This document shows positions 47,109 to 59,111 of a stretch of DNA of 64,000 nt, in pieces (position 1 is the stretch's first letter; each line of letters begins with the position of its first letter). Source of the stretch: Smithellaceae bacterium (GTDB taxonomy: Bacteria > Desulfobacterota > Syntrophia > Syntrophales > Smithellaceae); NCBI GenBank assembly GCA_963682105.1, contig OY821638.1:1813245-1877244 (forward strand), written 5' to 3'. The position numbers were made by a program, and so were the translations under genes. Below the pieces are notes generated by a model. The model did not search any database. It was not told the origin of the DNA and saw only the letters and a program-made list of their open reading frames with translations.

Positions 47109-47136
47109 AGAACAAGGGGTTTAAACCCCTTGTTCT
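47109..47136. promoter_or_regulatory. 28-bp perfect palindrome immediately upstream of the small PAS gene RBS
   Basis: AGAACAAGGGGTTT|AAACCCCTTGTTCT. 14+14 perfect, 5 nt before AAAGGAGA and 18 nt before the ATG at 47155. Confidence 0.4.
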
Positions 47137-47154
47137 CAATAAAGGAGATAAAAA

Positions 47155-47508
47155 ATGCAGCCCGATTGGTGTCAAGAAGCCGGAGTCGGCATTACCGTCT
47201 GCGATGCGGAGGGGATTATTTTATCGATGAATGATATGGCGGCGGTGATCTTTGAAAAGTCCGGCGGCCGGAACCTGATCGGCAAAAGCATGATGGGATG
47301 CCATCCTCCCAAGGCGCAGGAAAAAATTCAAGAGCTTCTTCAAACCCGGAAACCTTATTGCTATACGGTTGAACAGCGCGGCGTCAAAACCCTGCTGTAT
47401 CAGGCGCCCTGGAAAGATAACGGAAAATTTATGGGCTTTGTGGAATTCATCCTGGTGCTGCCCGACGTTGTTCCCCATCTCGATAAAATTTCCTGGGTCA
47501 GGACATAA
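47155..47508 (+). CDS. single PAS-domain protein
   Basis: 117 aa. GITVCDAEGIILSMNDMAAVIFE...GKSMMGCHP PAS-like core. Strong RBS. Confidence 0.6.
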   Translation: MQPDWCQEAGVGITVCDAEGIILSMNDMAAVIFEKSGGRNLIGKSMMGCHPPKAQEKIQELLQTRKPYCYTVEQRGVKTLLYQAPWKDNGKFMGFVEFILVLPDVVPHLDKISWVRT

Positions 47509-47510
47509 TT

Positions 47511-49526
<2,016 letters not shown>

Positions 49527-49552
49527 TTTATCCCCCCGATGACCTGATCAAC

Positions 49553-49593
49553 GAATCATTTGCATCAATAATGATTCATTGATGATTCAATGA
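49553..49593. promoter_or_regulatory. candidate upstream activator sites (two overlapping inverted repeats)
   Basis: GAATCATT-N9-AATGATTC (49553-49577) and TCATTGA-TGAT-TCAATGA (49576-49593), ~90-130 bp upstream of the -24/-12 element. Confidence 0.35.
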
Positions 49594-49679
49594 GACATCA
49601 GTGAAACACTTTTTGAAACATAAATCCAGCACGAAAATAAATACGTTAAATATTTCAAAAAGATACGGTGATATTAATT

Positions 49680-49695
49680 TGGCACGGTGAATGCT
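49680..49695 (+). promoter_or_regulatory. sigma-54 (-24/-12) promoter
   Basis: TTGGCACGGTGAATGCT versus consensus YTGGCACG-N4-TTGCW. GG-N10-GC spacing is exact, with one mismatch in the -12 box. About 95-110 nt upstream of the ligase start and divergent from the activator gene. Confidence 0.65.
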
Positions 49696-49786
49696 ATGAT
49701 CAAAAAGCAGAAAGCTGGTTTACAATTCAGCAGGGTGGTTTCAGCGAAATCACGGAAGTTGCAGTCATCACGTTCATTTAATTTTT

Positions 49787-51463
49787 TTGAGGGAGACACA
49801 CATTTTGGAAGCGAGACCCTGGCAAAAAAATTACGATTATCCTGTTCCTACAACCATCCGCTTCCCTAAATTCCCGGTGCAGAATTTCCTGCACTTTGCG
49901 GCGTCGCAATATCCTTTCAAAGCCGCCACTGATTTTTACGGCTCGGAAATGACCTTCACGCAGTTGCGCACACAAGTGCTGCGCATGTCCAATGCCCTTG
50001 TGCAACTGGGCACGGTGAAAGGCGATCGCATCGGCCTTGCTCTTCCCAACTGCCCGCAATATATCATTGCCTATTATGCCATTTTGTCGGCAGGCGGCAT
50101 CGTCGTCAATATGAATCCGCTTTATACGCATGACGAGCTTAAATTCATGCTGGATAATACAGGTACGAGGCTCCTGGTCACATTCGACAGCGCCCTGTCC
50201 ACCATGCGTCCGCTGGCCAGAGAATTGAATATCCCTCTGATCGTGACACGGGTGACGGATTATATTACCGGATTGGGCGTCAGCACGGCTAAAAGCCTGG
50301 AGATGGAAGAAGGCTGGCATCATTTTTCAGAACTGATTGAAGGCTGCACGAATACTCAGCTTCCCCGCGTCGCTTTCAGCCCGGCGGACTCCGCGCTGAT
50401 TCAGTTTACCGGCGGCACAACAGGACTGCCCAAAGGCGCTTTGCTGACTCACGCAAATATTGTAGCGGCAACCTTGCAATCTTCCCTGTGGGGCCAGCAT
50501 ATAACGCTTTGCACCCCCCCTGAAAAGCGCAACGTTTTGAGCATTATTCCCTATTTCCACATTTACGCCAACACCTGCTGTATGAACTGGGGCATGGCCA
50601 ATGCCGCCACACAGGTGATCATGCCGCGATTCGAACTCGAGGAACTGATGGGCACGATCAAGCGCGTTGATCAGATCACCTATTTCCCGACAGTGCCTAC
50701 CATGATTACGGCGCTCGTGAACCATCCCAAAGCGGCTGAGCTCAATATGGATCAGCGTATTCGCTTTTTCAACTCGGGCGGCGCTCCCATGCCGGCCGAA
50801 CTGATCGCCAAAGTCAACGATATGGGCATTTACTACGGCGAAGGCTGGGGAATGAGCGAGACGTCCTCTCTGGGAATTTCAAATCCGCTTCTGGGTTGCC
50901 GGACCGGATCAATCGGCGTTCCGCTGATGGAGAATGATGTCCGTCTGGTGGATATTGAAGAAGGCTTGGAAGATGTGAAACCCGGTGAGCCGGGCGAAAT
51001 TCTCATCAAAGGCCCGTCCGTCATGAAATGTTACTGGAACAATCCGGAAGAAACCAAAAATCAGCTCACCGACGGCTGGCTCTCCACCGGTGACATCGGA
51101 CAGGCCGACGAGGACGGCTACATCTATATTGTGGATCGCAAAAAAGACATGATCATCGCGGGCGGTTTTAATATTTATCCTCGCGAAGTGGATGAAGTGC
51201 TCTATTCGCATCCCAAGATTGCCGAGGCGGTAACCGTCGGCATCCCCGACGAATACCGCGGTGAAACCGTAAAGGTGTTTGTCGTCCTTAAGCCCGGCGA
51301 ACAAGTCACGGAAAAAGACATTACCGAATTCTGCCGGACGAAGCTTGCCGCTTACAAGGTGCCCAAGCTGGTGGAATTCCGCGAGAGCATCCCGAAATCC
51401 GCCGTGGGCAAGATTCTTCGCAAAATTTTGCGGGATGAGGAAATCGCGAAACAAAAGAAATAG
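49787..51463 (+). CDS. acyl-CoA ligase (AMP-binding, FadD-like)
   Basis: FTGGTTGLPKGA, GWGMSETSS, GDIGQADEDGYIYIVDRKKDMII. Both candidate starts are TTG (49787, or 49805, which sits 9 nt after GGGAG). Confidence 0.85.
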   Translation: MRETHILEARPWQKNYDYPVPTTIRFPKFPVQNFLHFAASQYPFKAATDFYGSEMTFTQLRTQVLRMSNALVQLGTVKGDRIGLALPNCPQYIIAYYAILSAGGIVVNMNPLYTHDELKFMLDNTGTRLLVTFDSALSTMRPLARELNIPLIVTRVTDYITGLGVSTAKSLEMEEGWHHFSELIEGCTNTQLPRVAFSPADSALIQFTGGTTGLPKGALLTHANIVAATLQSSLWGQHITLCTPPEKRNVLSIIPYFHIYANTCCMNWGMANAATQVIMPRFELEELMGTIKRVDQITYFPTVPTMITALVNHPKAAELNMDQRIRFFNSGGAPMPAELIAKVNDMGIYYGEGWGMSETSSLGISNPLLGCRTGSIGVPLMENDVRLVDIEEGLEDVKPGEPGEILIKGPSVMKCYWNNPEETKNQLTDGWLSTGDIGQADEDGYIYIVDRKKDMIIAGGFNIYPREVDEVLYSHPKIAEAVTVGIPDEYRGETVKVFVVLKPGEQVTEKDITEFCRTKLAAYKVPKLVEFRESIPKSAVGKILRKILRDEEIAKQKK

Positions 51464-51787
51464 CGCCGCTGAGATTGGAAGTATCAAAGAAGGCGCACGG
51501 ACAAAAAACAAAATATTCGGCTTGCGCTGTCAGGCCGTCAGGTACCCCTCTTGTTCCCCTGTAGTGAGGGAGAGGGTGTCAGGATTATACGGTATGCCCC
51601 CAACATACTTTTCCGGCGCCCTCTCCCTTCCCTCCCCGCCATAAAAATGGAAGGGACAATGTCTGATAATATCCGGAAAAACGATTGCACAGACGACGTT
51701 AATTGATTATACTTCAGCCAAGATGATTGAAAACAACTCCGCCTTAAATACAAGCAGATCTGCACCGGGCTTGCACAGGATGCTCTT

Positions 51788-53020
51788 ATGACGATGGTGG
51801 CGCTGATCATTGCCGGTGGAGTTATTATAATTGCCGCCACGCTGGTGTTACAGACATCTAAGAAAAATACTTTTCATCAAGCGAAACAAAAACCGAAACC
51901 GGCCGTCGTCGCCGAAGGCCCCAAGTCGTCTTCCAAAAACGAAGTTGCGAAAAGCGAACCGCCGGCTGCCGTTTCCATCGCCGGTTATGCTGAATCGACC
52001 GACATCTATAAAGACCTGCGGACGCACCTCACAAAAGGCATCGACAAAATATTCAGCGAGCCCGCGTCTGTCCCCCGGGAGCGCTCCACCCCCCTGACGC
52101 GTGAACAGGTGGACAATCAAACTCTCTCAGACGTTCTTGGGCAACTGGAAGGAATGGACCAGTTCCGCACCCGTCAGTTTGAATTGCAGAAACTGCTCAA
52201 CGATCCCCGATCGCAATTGACGGAGCTGTCCAGGAACGTTACATCCGATCCGTTATTGACGGCCAAAGTGCTGAAAATGGCCAATTCGTCCTATTTCGGT
52301 TTTACGCAGAAAATAGACTCCATCGGCCATGCTCTGATGATCCTCGGGTTGCAAAACGTGAAGAACATCATGTACCGTGAAGGACTGCGCGGCCTTTTTG
52401 ACGCCGGTCCCGCTCACAGCAAAGCCGCCGCGGCAGAGCTCTGGCGGCACTCCAACCTGGTGTGTATCTGCACGCAGCACTTTCACGATCTTTTTGAAGG
52501 ACTCAACCGGGGAACGCTCTTCACGCTGGGAATCGTCCACGACATCGGAAAACTGATCCTGATGAATCTTTCCCGCAAGGCCGTCAAAAAGAACAGCGCC
52601 GGGGCGGAATATCCGATGGATATTATAATCGGAGAAGAAGATCAGATCTTCGGCATCAATCACGCCGTCATCGGAGGATATACCCTTGAACAGTGGAACT
52701 TTTCCGAATTGATGGGCCAGGCCGTTGCAATGCACCATGCGCCGTCCTTTATTGAAGCAGGCGATATCAAAGCTTCTCCAGAAATCCTGAAATACGTCCT
52801 GGCTCTTTTCCTGGCTGACCAGGTCGCCAGACTGTTTGCCGACTGGAACCAGCAGACGGCGCACATCTACCCCCTGCAAAAGTCTTATCACGACCTGATC
52901 GACAAAAAGAAACTGATCAATAAAATAATCGACGTCAATTTCCTCAACCAGTTACAGGCGGCCCAAATGCTGGCCACAAGCGAGTATCCTCTTTCCTTTC
53001 AAAAAAACCCGGTGTCATAG
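51788..53020 (+). CDS. membrane-anchored HDOD domain signalling protein
   Basis: N-terminal TM helix. HDOD core KVLKMANSSYFGF...IDSIGHALMILGLQNVKNI...HDIGKLIL. Confidence 0.75.
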   Translation: MTMVALIIAGGVIIIAATLVLQTSKKNTFHQAKQKPKPAVVAEGPKSSSKNEVAKSEPPAAVSIAGYAESTDIYKDLRTHLTKGIDKIFSEPASVPRERSTPLTREQVDNQTLSDVLGQLEGMDQFRTRQFELQKLLNDPRSQLTELSRNVTSDPLLTAKVLKMANSSYFGFTQKIDSIGHALMILGLQNVKNIMYREGLRGLFDAGPAHSKAAAAELWRHSNLVCICTQHFHDLFEGLNRGTLFTLGIVHDIGKLILMNLSRKAVKKNSAGAEYPMDIIIGEEDQIFGINHAVIGGYTLEQWNFSELMGQAVAMHHAPSFIEAGDIKASPEILKYVLALFLADQVARLFADWNQQTAHIYPLQKSYHDLIDKKKLINKIIDVNFLNQLQAAQMLATSEYPLSFQKNPVS

Positions 53021-53218
53021 CTAAAAATGCGCAGGCAGGCAACCGGACGGCCAGCAGACCAGAGAATTCACAAAAAAAACATATGCTTACAGTTATGATA
53101 CTTTTTTCTTTTTTACGTTTTCAAAGACCTGGAAAAGATATAGAATAGACATCTGCCCGGATGGCAGCCATATGCGTATCGCCTCAACGATGAAAACAAT
53201 CAAACGGGGGGATGATTT

Positions 53219-54529
53219 ATGACTGGATCGGATATTTTAGTTGTTGTACCACACGGTGGCGTTGTGATTCCGCCGGAGATCTCACTGGAAGATCTGACCG
53301 ATGATTTCACATCGCTTCTGAAAAACGTGGACTGGTATACTCAGTGGCTCTACGATTTCCGCGATATTCTCTCCAACCGGCAACTGGTTTTTCCCTACTG
53401 CAGCATTCTGATGGACGTTAACCGCGATCCCGCCGACATTGACGAGTGCGTACCGGTCAAAGATGTCTTTGGCCGCCCGATTTACCGCAGCGCGTATGAA
53501 CCGTCACCCTCCATGCGCGCCGCCTGGTCGGATAAGTATCTCAAGCCGTTCCACCGCAGCATCGAAGAAAATATTTATGCCGGCGCGGGGCTGATCTTTG
53601 ACGGCCATTCAACGATTACCGCCCGCGGCGTTGTCGAAAACCAGATCGATCTGATGAATTTTCAGCAAACCGACCGCGACGAAAAACCGCTTTATTACTG
53701 CCCGGATGTGCTGGTGGAAACGTATGCCGAGGAATTGCGCAAGCATCTGCCCGATGCGCTGATCACGATCAACGCGTCGGAATACCTAAGCGTGCACGGA
53801 CATGTTTGCGCTGCGCATTCGGTCAATGCCATGAAAAGAATCGGCGCCCGCGCCCCGGCCTTCATCCAGGAAACCAACGAACATCTCTTCAAGAATGACG
53901 ATGGAACGCCTAATGTCGCAAAGATCAACCGGCTGCGCCGTGCGTTTGCCGAAGCGCTTGTCCAGACGCTTACCTCGCTTCAGGAATCTCAGAAAGTGAC
54001 GATGATCGACCTGCACATCGGCAAACAAATCTACGACTACGACTGCGGTGTACAGGCGCTCCAGAACATGATGACCTATTACGGCGTTGAAGTGGACCGT
54101 GATGAGCTGATGCAGAAACTGGGCACCAACGAGGAAAGCGGCACGCCTCCCCAAGCCATGATCGCGGCGGCGCAAAGCTATGGCTTTGAAGTCAAATCCG
54201 GCACACAGTGGTCGCTCAATCAGGTTAAACAGTATGTCGATGCGGGAACGCCGGTGATCGTGCTTTTACAGGCATGGGCAGAGCAGTATATGACGCTGGA
54301 CGACTGGCGTCGCGCATGGGACAATGGCCATTATGCGATTATCATCGGTCTCAACAAGGATGTTTTGTTGTTTGAAGATCCGGCATCCATCCGGCGAACC
54401 TGGCTGCGCGAACGCGAATTTCTGGCGCGCTGGCACGACATCGACAAGACCGGCGAAAAATTCGAACACTTCGGCATGGTGCTTTTAGGGAAGCAACCGG
54501 CGAAATTATCGCTGGAACATATGGATTGA
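53219..54529 (+). CDS. fusion protein: N-formylglutamate amidohydrolase-like domain + C39-like (papain-fold) cysteine peptidase domain
   Basis: N-terminal half: VVPHGG...DVNRD...FDGHST (FGase-family metal ligand pattern, recalled). C-terminal half: Q-x5-DCGVQAL (Gln/Cys), GHYAIIIG (His), FEDP (Asp). Confidence 0.5.
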   Translation: MTGSDILVVVPHGGVVIPPEISLEDLTDDFTSLLKNVDWYTQWLYDFRDILSNRQLVFPYCSILMDVNRDPADIDECVPVKDVFGRPIYRSAYEPSPSMRAAWSDKYLKPFHRSIEENIYAGAGLIFDGHSTITARGVVENQIDLMNFQQTDRDEKPLYYCPDVLVETYAEELRKHLPDALITINASEYLSVHGHVCAAHSVNAMKRIGARAPAFIQETNEHLFKNDDGTPNVAKINRLRRAFAEALVQTLTSLQESQKVTMIDLHIGKQIYDYDCGVQALQNMMTYYGVEVDRDELMQKLGTNEESGTPPQAMIAAAQSYGFEVKSGTQWSLNQVKQYVDAGTPVIVLLQAWAEQYMTLDDWRRAWDNGHYAIIIGLNKDVLLFEDPASIRRTWLREREFLARWHDIDKTGEKFEHFGMVLLGKQPAKLSLEHMD

Positions 54530-54532
54530 TGT

Positions 54533-55102
54533 TTACACGAAGTGCGGCTCCAGTTTGCTGAAATCAACCGAGCCCAGGTGACGCACGTTTTTATGAAATT
54601 GCATGATTCCCTGCGCAACGCCTTTTAAACGCTCGGAAGAGGTGAGCAGACAGGCTTTTACCAGAGAAAGCTTGCTGATATCTTCCGACAGAAAATCGAA
54701 ATAACCGGTGATCATGGCTTCCAGGATGCCCGCCGTGGTCAACACAGAGCGCCCCTCTCCCGGCAGGTCGAAGGCAAAGTCCCAGATTTTCATTTTATCC
54801 ACGGCGCCGATCATGTCGTAGGCCACATTGTAAATCCGGTCATAGGAGAGATCGGATACCGCCCCCATCCCGACAAGAAGCAGCAGTTCGCAACCGAGGC
54901 GATCCGGATAAGGAATGGCCACTCTCTCCTTAAACTGACCTGTGATGTGCCCCTGCTTGATCTCCCGCGATATCATTCCGTTGAGGCGCCAGTCCATCAA
55001 ACCGCAGATACCGCGCGGCGGTTTTTCATCACTGAAACACCCCAGCACCAGGCATCTATATTTTTGCCGGTCGGGAGGACTTGTGGACAGGCTTAGCTGC
55101 AT
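54533..55102 (-). CDS. hypothetical protein (start uncertain)
   Basis: 189-aa ORF downstream of nusB. The ATG at 55102 overlaps nusB by 47 nt; a GTG at 55048 would remove the overlap. No motif recognised with confidence. Confidence 0.5.
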   Translation of the reverse strand: MQLSLSTSPPDRQKYRCLVLGCFSDEKPPRGICGLMDWRLNGMISREIKQGHITGQFKERVAIPYPDRLGCELLLLVGMGAVSDLSYDRIYNVAYDMIGAVDKMKIWDFAFDLPGEGRSVLTTAGILEAMITGYFDFLSEDISKLSLVKACLLTSSERLKGVAQGIMQFHKNVRHLGSVDFSKLEPHFV

Positions 55103-55511
55103 TGTTTTTATTCAGTTTCACATTGAGGGCATCGAGGATGCCGTTGATAAATGAACCGGAATTTTCCGACCCGAACATTTTCCCCAGATCGACTGCTTCG
55201 TTAATGGTAACTTTGGGCGGAATGTCCTCGCAGTACAAAAATTCAAAAACCGACATTCGCAAAATACTGATATCAACCTTCGACATACGGCTAAGCGACC
55301 AGTTGTCCGAACAATCACCGATCAGCCGGTCGAGTTCTTCACGGTGACTCCAGGTCCCCGTAACCAATGTAGCCGCAAATTCCTTAGCCGCTTTCGGAGC
55401 GACAAAATTTCCCCAAAAAAGCTCCAGGGCTTTTTCCACGTCAAGATTAACAAAATTCAGACCGTAAAGAACCTGCAAGGCGACTTCGCGCGCCTTTCTC
55501 CGTTCGTGCAT
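55056..55511 (-). CDS. nusB: transcription antitermination factor NusB
   Basis: RRKAREVALQVLYGLNF..., INEAVDLGKMFG..., FINGILD. Follows ribH as in many bacteria. Confidence 0.9.
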   Translation of the reverse strand: MHERRKAREVALQVLYGLNFVNLDVEKALELFWGNFVAPKAAKEFAATLVTGTWSHREELDRLIGDCSDNWSLSRMSKVDISILRMSVFEFLYCEDIPPKVTINEAVDLGKMFGSENSGSFINGILDALNVKLNKNNAAKPVHKSSRPAKI

Positions 55512-55569
55512 CTTTTCCTCAAAACCACACAGCGCAGGTCAGAGCCTGCGCCGCATTCCTGCCTGAAAA

Positions 55570-56040
55570 TCAGGCTTTCATCTGCCGGAACAAATCGACC
55601 ATTTCGATGGCCGCGATTGCCGCGTCCGCGCCTTTATTGCCGGACTTCGTACCCGCCCGTTCAATGGCCTGCTCGATGGTATCGGTCGTCAGCACACCGA
55701 AAACCACCGGGATATCGGCATCCAGCCCCACGTTGGCAATGCCTTTGGAAACTTCCGCGCTCACATATTCAAAATGAGGCGTTGCGCCGCGAATGACCGC
55801 TCCCACGCAGATGACGGCATCAAACTTCGCACTCTTCACCAGCCTTTTGGCGGCATGCGGCAATTCGAATGCGCCGGGAACCTTGTAGACCGTGATGTCT
55901 TTTTCATCCGCTCCGGCCCGAACCAGCGTGTCGACCGCCCCGTCGATGAGACGCCCGCTGATGAAATCGTTAAAACGGCTTGCGGCAATGGCGAACTTCA
56001 TTCCCCTGGCAACTATTTTTCCTTCAATTATCTTCGGCAT
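55570..56040 (-). CDS. ribH: 6,7-dimethyl-8-ribityllumazine synthase
   Basis: [20 protein letters not shown]..., [24 protein letters not shown]. Confidence 0.95.
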   Translation of the reverse strand: MPKIIEGKIVARGMKFAIAASRFNDFISGRLIDGAVDTLVRAGADEKDITVYKVPGAFELPHAAKRLVKSAKFDAVICVGAVIRGATPHFEYVSAEVSKGIANVGLDADIPVVFGVLTTDTIEQAIERAGTKSGNKGADAAIAAIEMVDLFRQMKA

Positions 56041-56095
56041 GATTTAAGCACCATCCTTATTTAATAATATTGATCAGCGCCTTAAGGCACTTTTT

Positions 56096-57298
56096 TTAAA
56101 GCTCCAGAATATGACCCATCTTGCTTTTTTTGGTGGACATGTAGCGAATATTGTTTTCATTGGGCGGAATTTCAATATGCACGCGCCCCGTTACTTTCAT
56201 GCCGTATCCTTCCAGACCGACAATCTTTTTGGGATTATTGGTCATCAGCCGCATCTTGTGCACGCCCAGGTCCGCCAGAATCTGCGCGCCGATGCCGTAA
56301 TCTCTCAAATCCGGTTTGAATCCCAGCGCGATATTGGCTTCCACCGTATCGTGCCCCTGATCCTGAAGGGCGTAGGCCTTGATTTTGTTGACCAGCCCGA
56401 TACCGCGCCCTTCCTGACGCATATAAACGATAACGCCTTTACCCTCTTCCTCGATCATTTCCATCGCGCGGTGGAGCTGATCGCCGCAATCGCAGCGCGC
56501 CGAGGCAAAGATATCGCCTGTGCAGCATTCCGAATGGACACGCACCAGCACTTCATCGTCCTTGGTGATATCGCCTTTCACCAGGGCGATGTGCTGCATG
56601 TCGTCCACGTCGTTTTCATAAACGAGAATCTTGAAATCGCCGCCGTAGAGCGTGGGCAGAGAGGCCTCGGCCACGCGGTGGATCAGCGATTCATGCTGCA
56701 TCCGGTAATCGATCAAATCGGCGATGGTGCAAATCTTCAGGTCATGTTCCTTTGCAAAAATATCCAGATCCGGCATCCGCGCCATCTCGCCGTCGTCTTT
56801 CATGATTTCGCAAATCACGCCCGAGGGGGTCAGCCCCGCCAGACGACATAAATCTACCGAGCCTTCGGTCTGTCCCGTGCGCACCAGAACGCCGCCCTTG
56901 CGGGCCAGAATCGGGAATACATGTCCCGGGCTGACAATGTCTTCGGGCTTGGCCGCGGGATTGACGGCCGCCAGAATGGTCGTGGCGCGATCCGCCGCCG
57001 AGATACCCGTCGTCACACCGTGACGCGCTTCAATGGATACGGTAAACGCCGTGCCGAAACGCGCCTGATTGTCTTTCACCATCAGATTAAGCCTCAAGCG
57101 GTTGGCGATTTCTTCGTTCACGGTCAAACAAATCAACCCGCGCCCGTAACGCGCCATGAAATTAACCGCCTGCGGCGTTACAAACTGTGACGCCATGCAC
57201 AAATCGCCTTCGTTTTCGCGATCTTCATCATCCACAAGAATAACCATTTTCCCGTTGCGGATGTCTTCTATTGCTTCTGAAATTTTACTGACTGCCAT
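56096..57298 (-). CDS. ribBA: bifunctional 3,4-dihydroxy-2-butanone-4-phosphate synthase / GTP cyclohydrolase II
   Basis: [11 protein letters not shown] (DHBPS). [22 protein letters not shown] and RQEGRGIGL (GCH II). Confidence 0.95.
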   Translation of the reverse strand: MAVSKISEAIEDIRNGKMVILVDDEDRENEGDLCMASQFVTPQAVNFMARYGRGLICLTVNEEIANRLRLNLMVKDNQARFGTAFTVSIEARHGVTTGISAADRATTILAAVNPAAKPEDIVSPGHVFPILARKGGVLVRTGQTEGSVDLCRLAGLTPSGVICEIMKDDGEMARMPDLDIFAKEHDLKICTIADLIDYRMQHESLIHRVAEASLPTLYGGDFKILVYENDVDDMQHIALVKGDITKDDEVLVRVHSECCTGDIFASARCDCGDQLHRAMEMIEEEGKGVIVYMRQEGRGIGLVNKIKAYALQDQGHDTVEANIALGFKPDLRDYGIGAQILADLGVHKMRLMTNNPKKIVGLEGYGMKVTGRVHIEIPPNENNIRYMSTKKSKMGHILEL

Positions 57299-57348
57299 AA
57301 TACTTCCTTTTTATTTGATGGACCCAAAAGCTATTTTGGACCATTTTT

Positions 57349-57417
57349 GTCATTCCCGCGCAGGCGGGAATCCAGTGTTTTAATCTCGTTATCGATTCCC
57401 GCCTGCGCGGGAATGAC
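57349..57417. repeat. perfect 24-bp inverted repeat (two hairpin units of the GTCATTCCCGC family) in the ribE-ribBA spacer
   Basis: GTCATTCCCGCGCAGGCGGGAATC (57349-57372) and its exact reverse complement (57394-57417), 21-nt spacer. Each arm is itself palindromic. Confidence 0.9.
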
Positions 57418-57445
57418 AGGTTCAAGGGCTTCTTACAGTTTCACC

Positions 57446-58081
57446 TTATTTAATAAAACCATGTTCAGCGAGGAAGTCCTTATCGATTCCCCGCGGGCTT
57501 TGCAATAACTTTTCGACATACTTTCCCAGTATATCCGTTTCGATGTTGACCCAGTCCGATTCCTTTTTGTCCGTAAGCGTCGTCTGGGCAGCCGTATGCG
57601 GTATGATATTAACATAAAACCGGCCTTTTTCAAGCTTGTTGACGGTGAGGCTGATGCCGTCGATGGCCACCGAACCTTTTTCGACGATATAGCGCGACAG
57701 AGCGTCGTTTGCTTCGACGGTGAAAATGATAGACCCGGATTTCTGCGTTTTGGAGAGAATGCGGCCGATGCCGTCCACATGCCCCAGCACAAAGTGGCCG
57801 CCTAAAAATCCGCCAATCCGCAACGACTTTTCCAGATTGACCCTGTGGCCGGCCTGCAGAAGTTTGAGGGTTGTTTTGCTCAAGGATTCGGCGGAAACAT
57901 CCGCGGTAAACGTCTTGGATGTTTTAGACGTCACGGTCAGGCAGGCGCCGTTCACCGCGATGCTGTCCCCCAGCGAGACTTCGCTCAAATCAAATCCCGC
58001 CTCGATTTCCAAAAGGGCGTCTGCGCCTTTCATGGTTAACCTGACGACTTTCCCCGACGCTTCAATAATTCCGGTAAACAT
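57446..58081 (-). CDS. ribE: riboflavin synthase alpha chain
   Basis: MFTGIIEASGKV..., internal duplication with GDSIAVNGACLTV / GSVAIDGISLTV. Confidence 0.95.
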   Translation of the reverse strand: MFTGIIEASGKVVRLTMKGADALLEIEAGFDLSEVSLGDSIAVNGACLTVTSKTSKTFTADVSAESLSKTTLKLLQAGHRVNLEKSLRIGGFLGGHFVLGHVDGIGRILSKTQKSGSIIFTVEANDALSRYIVEKGSVAIDGISLTVNKLEKGRFYVNIIPHTAAQTTLTDKKESDWVNIETDILGKYVEKLLQSPRGIDKDFLAEHGFIK

Positions 58082-58083
58082 TC

Positions 58084-58545
58084 TTATTTCTTACCTTTAC
58101 TCAAGAGTTCTTTGAGTTCGGTCATAAACTCTCCCACATCGCGAAACTGCCGGTAAACGGAGGCAAACCGCACATAGGCGACGCCATCGAGTGTTTTAAG
58201 TTCATTCATCACTTTTTCGCCGATGACTGACGAGGGAATTTCCTCGTTTTGATATTCCTGGCAGGCGGCTTCAACGCCTTCGACCAGCTTTTCAATATCT
58301 TCGGTGCTGATCGGCCGTTTTTCACAGGCCGTCCGCACGCCGTTGCGGATTTTGGTGCGGTCAAACGGCTCACGCCGGCCGTCTTTCTTGACAACCATCG
58401 GCAGAATATCTTCAACGTATTCATATGTTGTAAACCGACGGGTGCAGTCCAGACATTCCCGGCGGCGGCGGATAGCCTTGCCGTCCTTGCTGATCCGGGA
58501 ATCAATCACTTTGTTTTCCGCATTGCCGCAAAAAGGACATTTCAT
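58084..58545 (-). CDS. nrdR: transcriptional repressor NrdR
   Basis: MKCPFCG...VIDSR zinc ribbon + ATP-cone. Confidence 0.95.
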   Translation of the reverse strand: MKCPFCGNAENKVIDSRISKDGKAIRRRRECLDCTRRFTTYEYVEDILPMVVKKDGRREPFDRTKIRNGVRTACEKRPISTEDIEKLVEGVEAACQEYQNEEIPSSVIGEKVMNELKTLDGVAYVRFASVYRQFRDVGEFMTELKELLSKGKK

Positions 58546-58564
58546 GGTTTTCCCTGCCGCCCTT

Positions 58565-59059
58565 TCAGGGTTTTTTCAGCGTCTCGACGCTGATCCCTGC
58601 TTCCTTTAACATATCCGTGGCCAGTTTGTCACTGTATCCGTCGCGAATGACGATGCGTGCAATCCCGGCATTGATGATCATTTTGGCGCAAATCACACAG
58701 GGATGATTGGTGCAGTACAAGGTGGAATCTTTCGTATTGACGCCATGCAGAGCGGCCTGAATGATGGCGTTTTGCTCCGCGTGCAGGCCGCGGCATAATT
58801 CATGACGCTCGCCGGACGGCACTTTAAGCTGTTCGCGCAGGCAACCGATGTCGAGACAGTGCTGTAATTTGGAGGGAGCGCCGTTGTAGCCGGTGGCCAG
58901 AATTCGTTTGTCGCGAACCAGACCGGCCCCGACCGCCCGCCTGCGGCATGTGCTGCGGCGGGAGACCAGTTCGACGATATCCAGAAAATACTCATCCCAG
59001 TCGGGGCGGATATATTTTTGTTCTTTTTGATCCGGCGACGGCGCGTTTTTTCCCGTCAT
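58565..59059 (-). CDS. deoxycytidylate (dCMP) deaminase, ComEB-like
   Basis: [45 protein letters not shown] zinc motifs. Too short (164 aa) to be RibD. Confidence 0.85.
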   Translation of the reverse strand: MTGKNAPSPDQKEQKYIRPDWDEYFLDIVELVSRRSTCRRRAVGAGLVRDKRILATGYNGAPSKLQHCLDIGCLREQLKVPSGERHELCRGLHAEQNAIIQAALHGVNTKDSTLYCTNHPCVICAKMIINAGIARIVIRDGYSDKLATDMLKEAGISVETLKKP

Positions 59060-59111
59060 ATCTCTTCACTTTCCTAGAGCAGCCGCCTGCACGCCCCGTC
59101 TTGAATGCCTT

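Noticed and set aside
57299-57445. Looked for an FMN riboswitch in the rib-gene spacers (also upstream of ribE/nrdR)
   Set aside because: No RFN-like conserved core was recognised. The spacer is occupied by the 24-bp inverted-repeat element instead.
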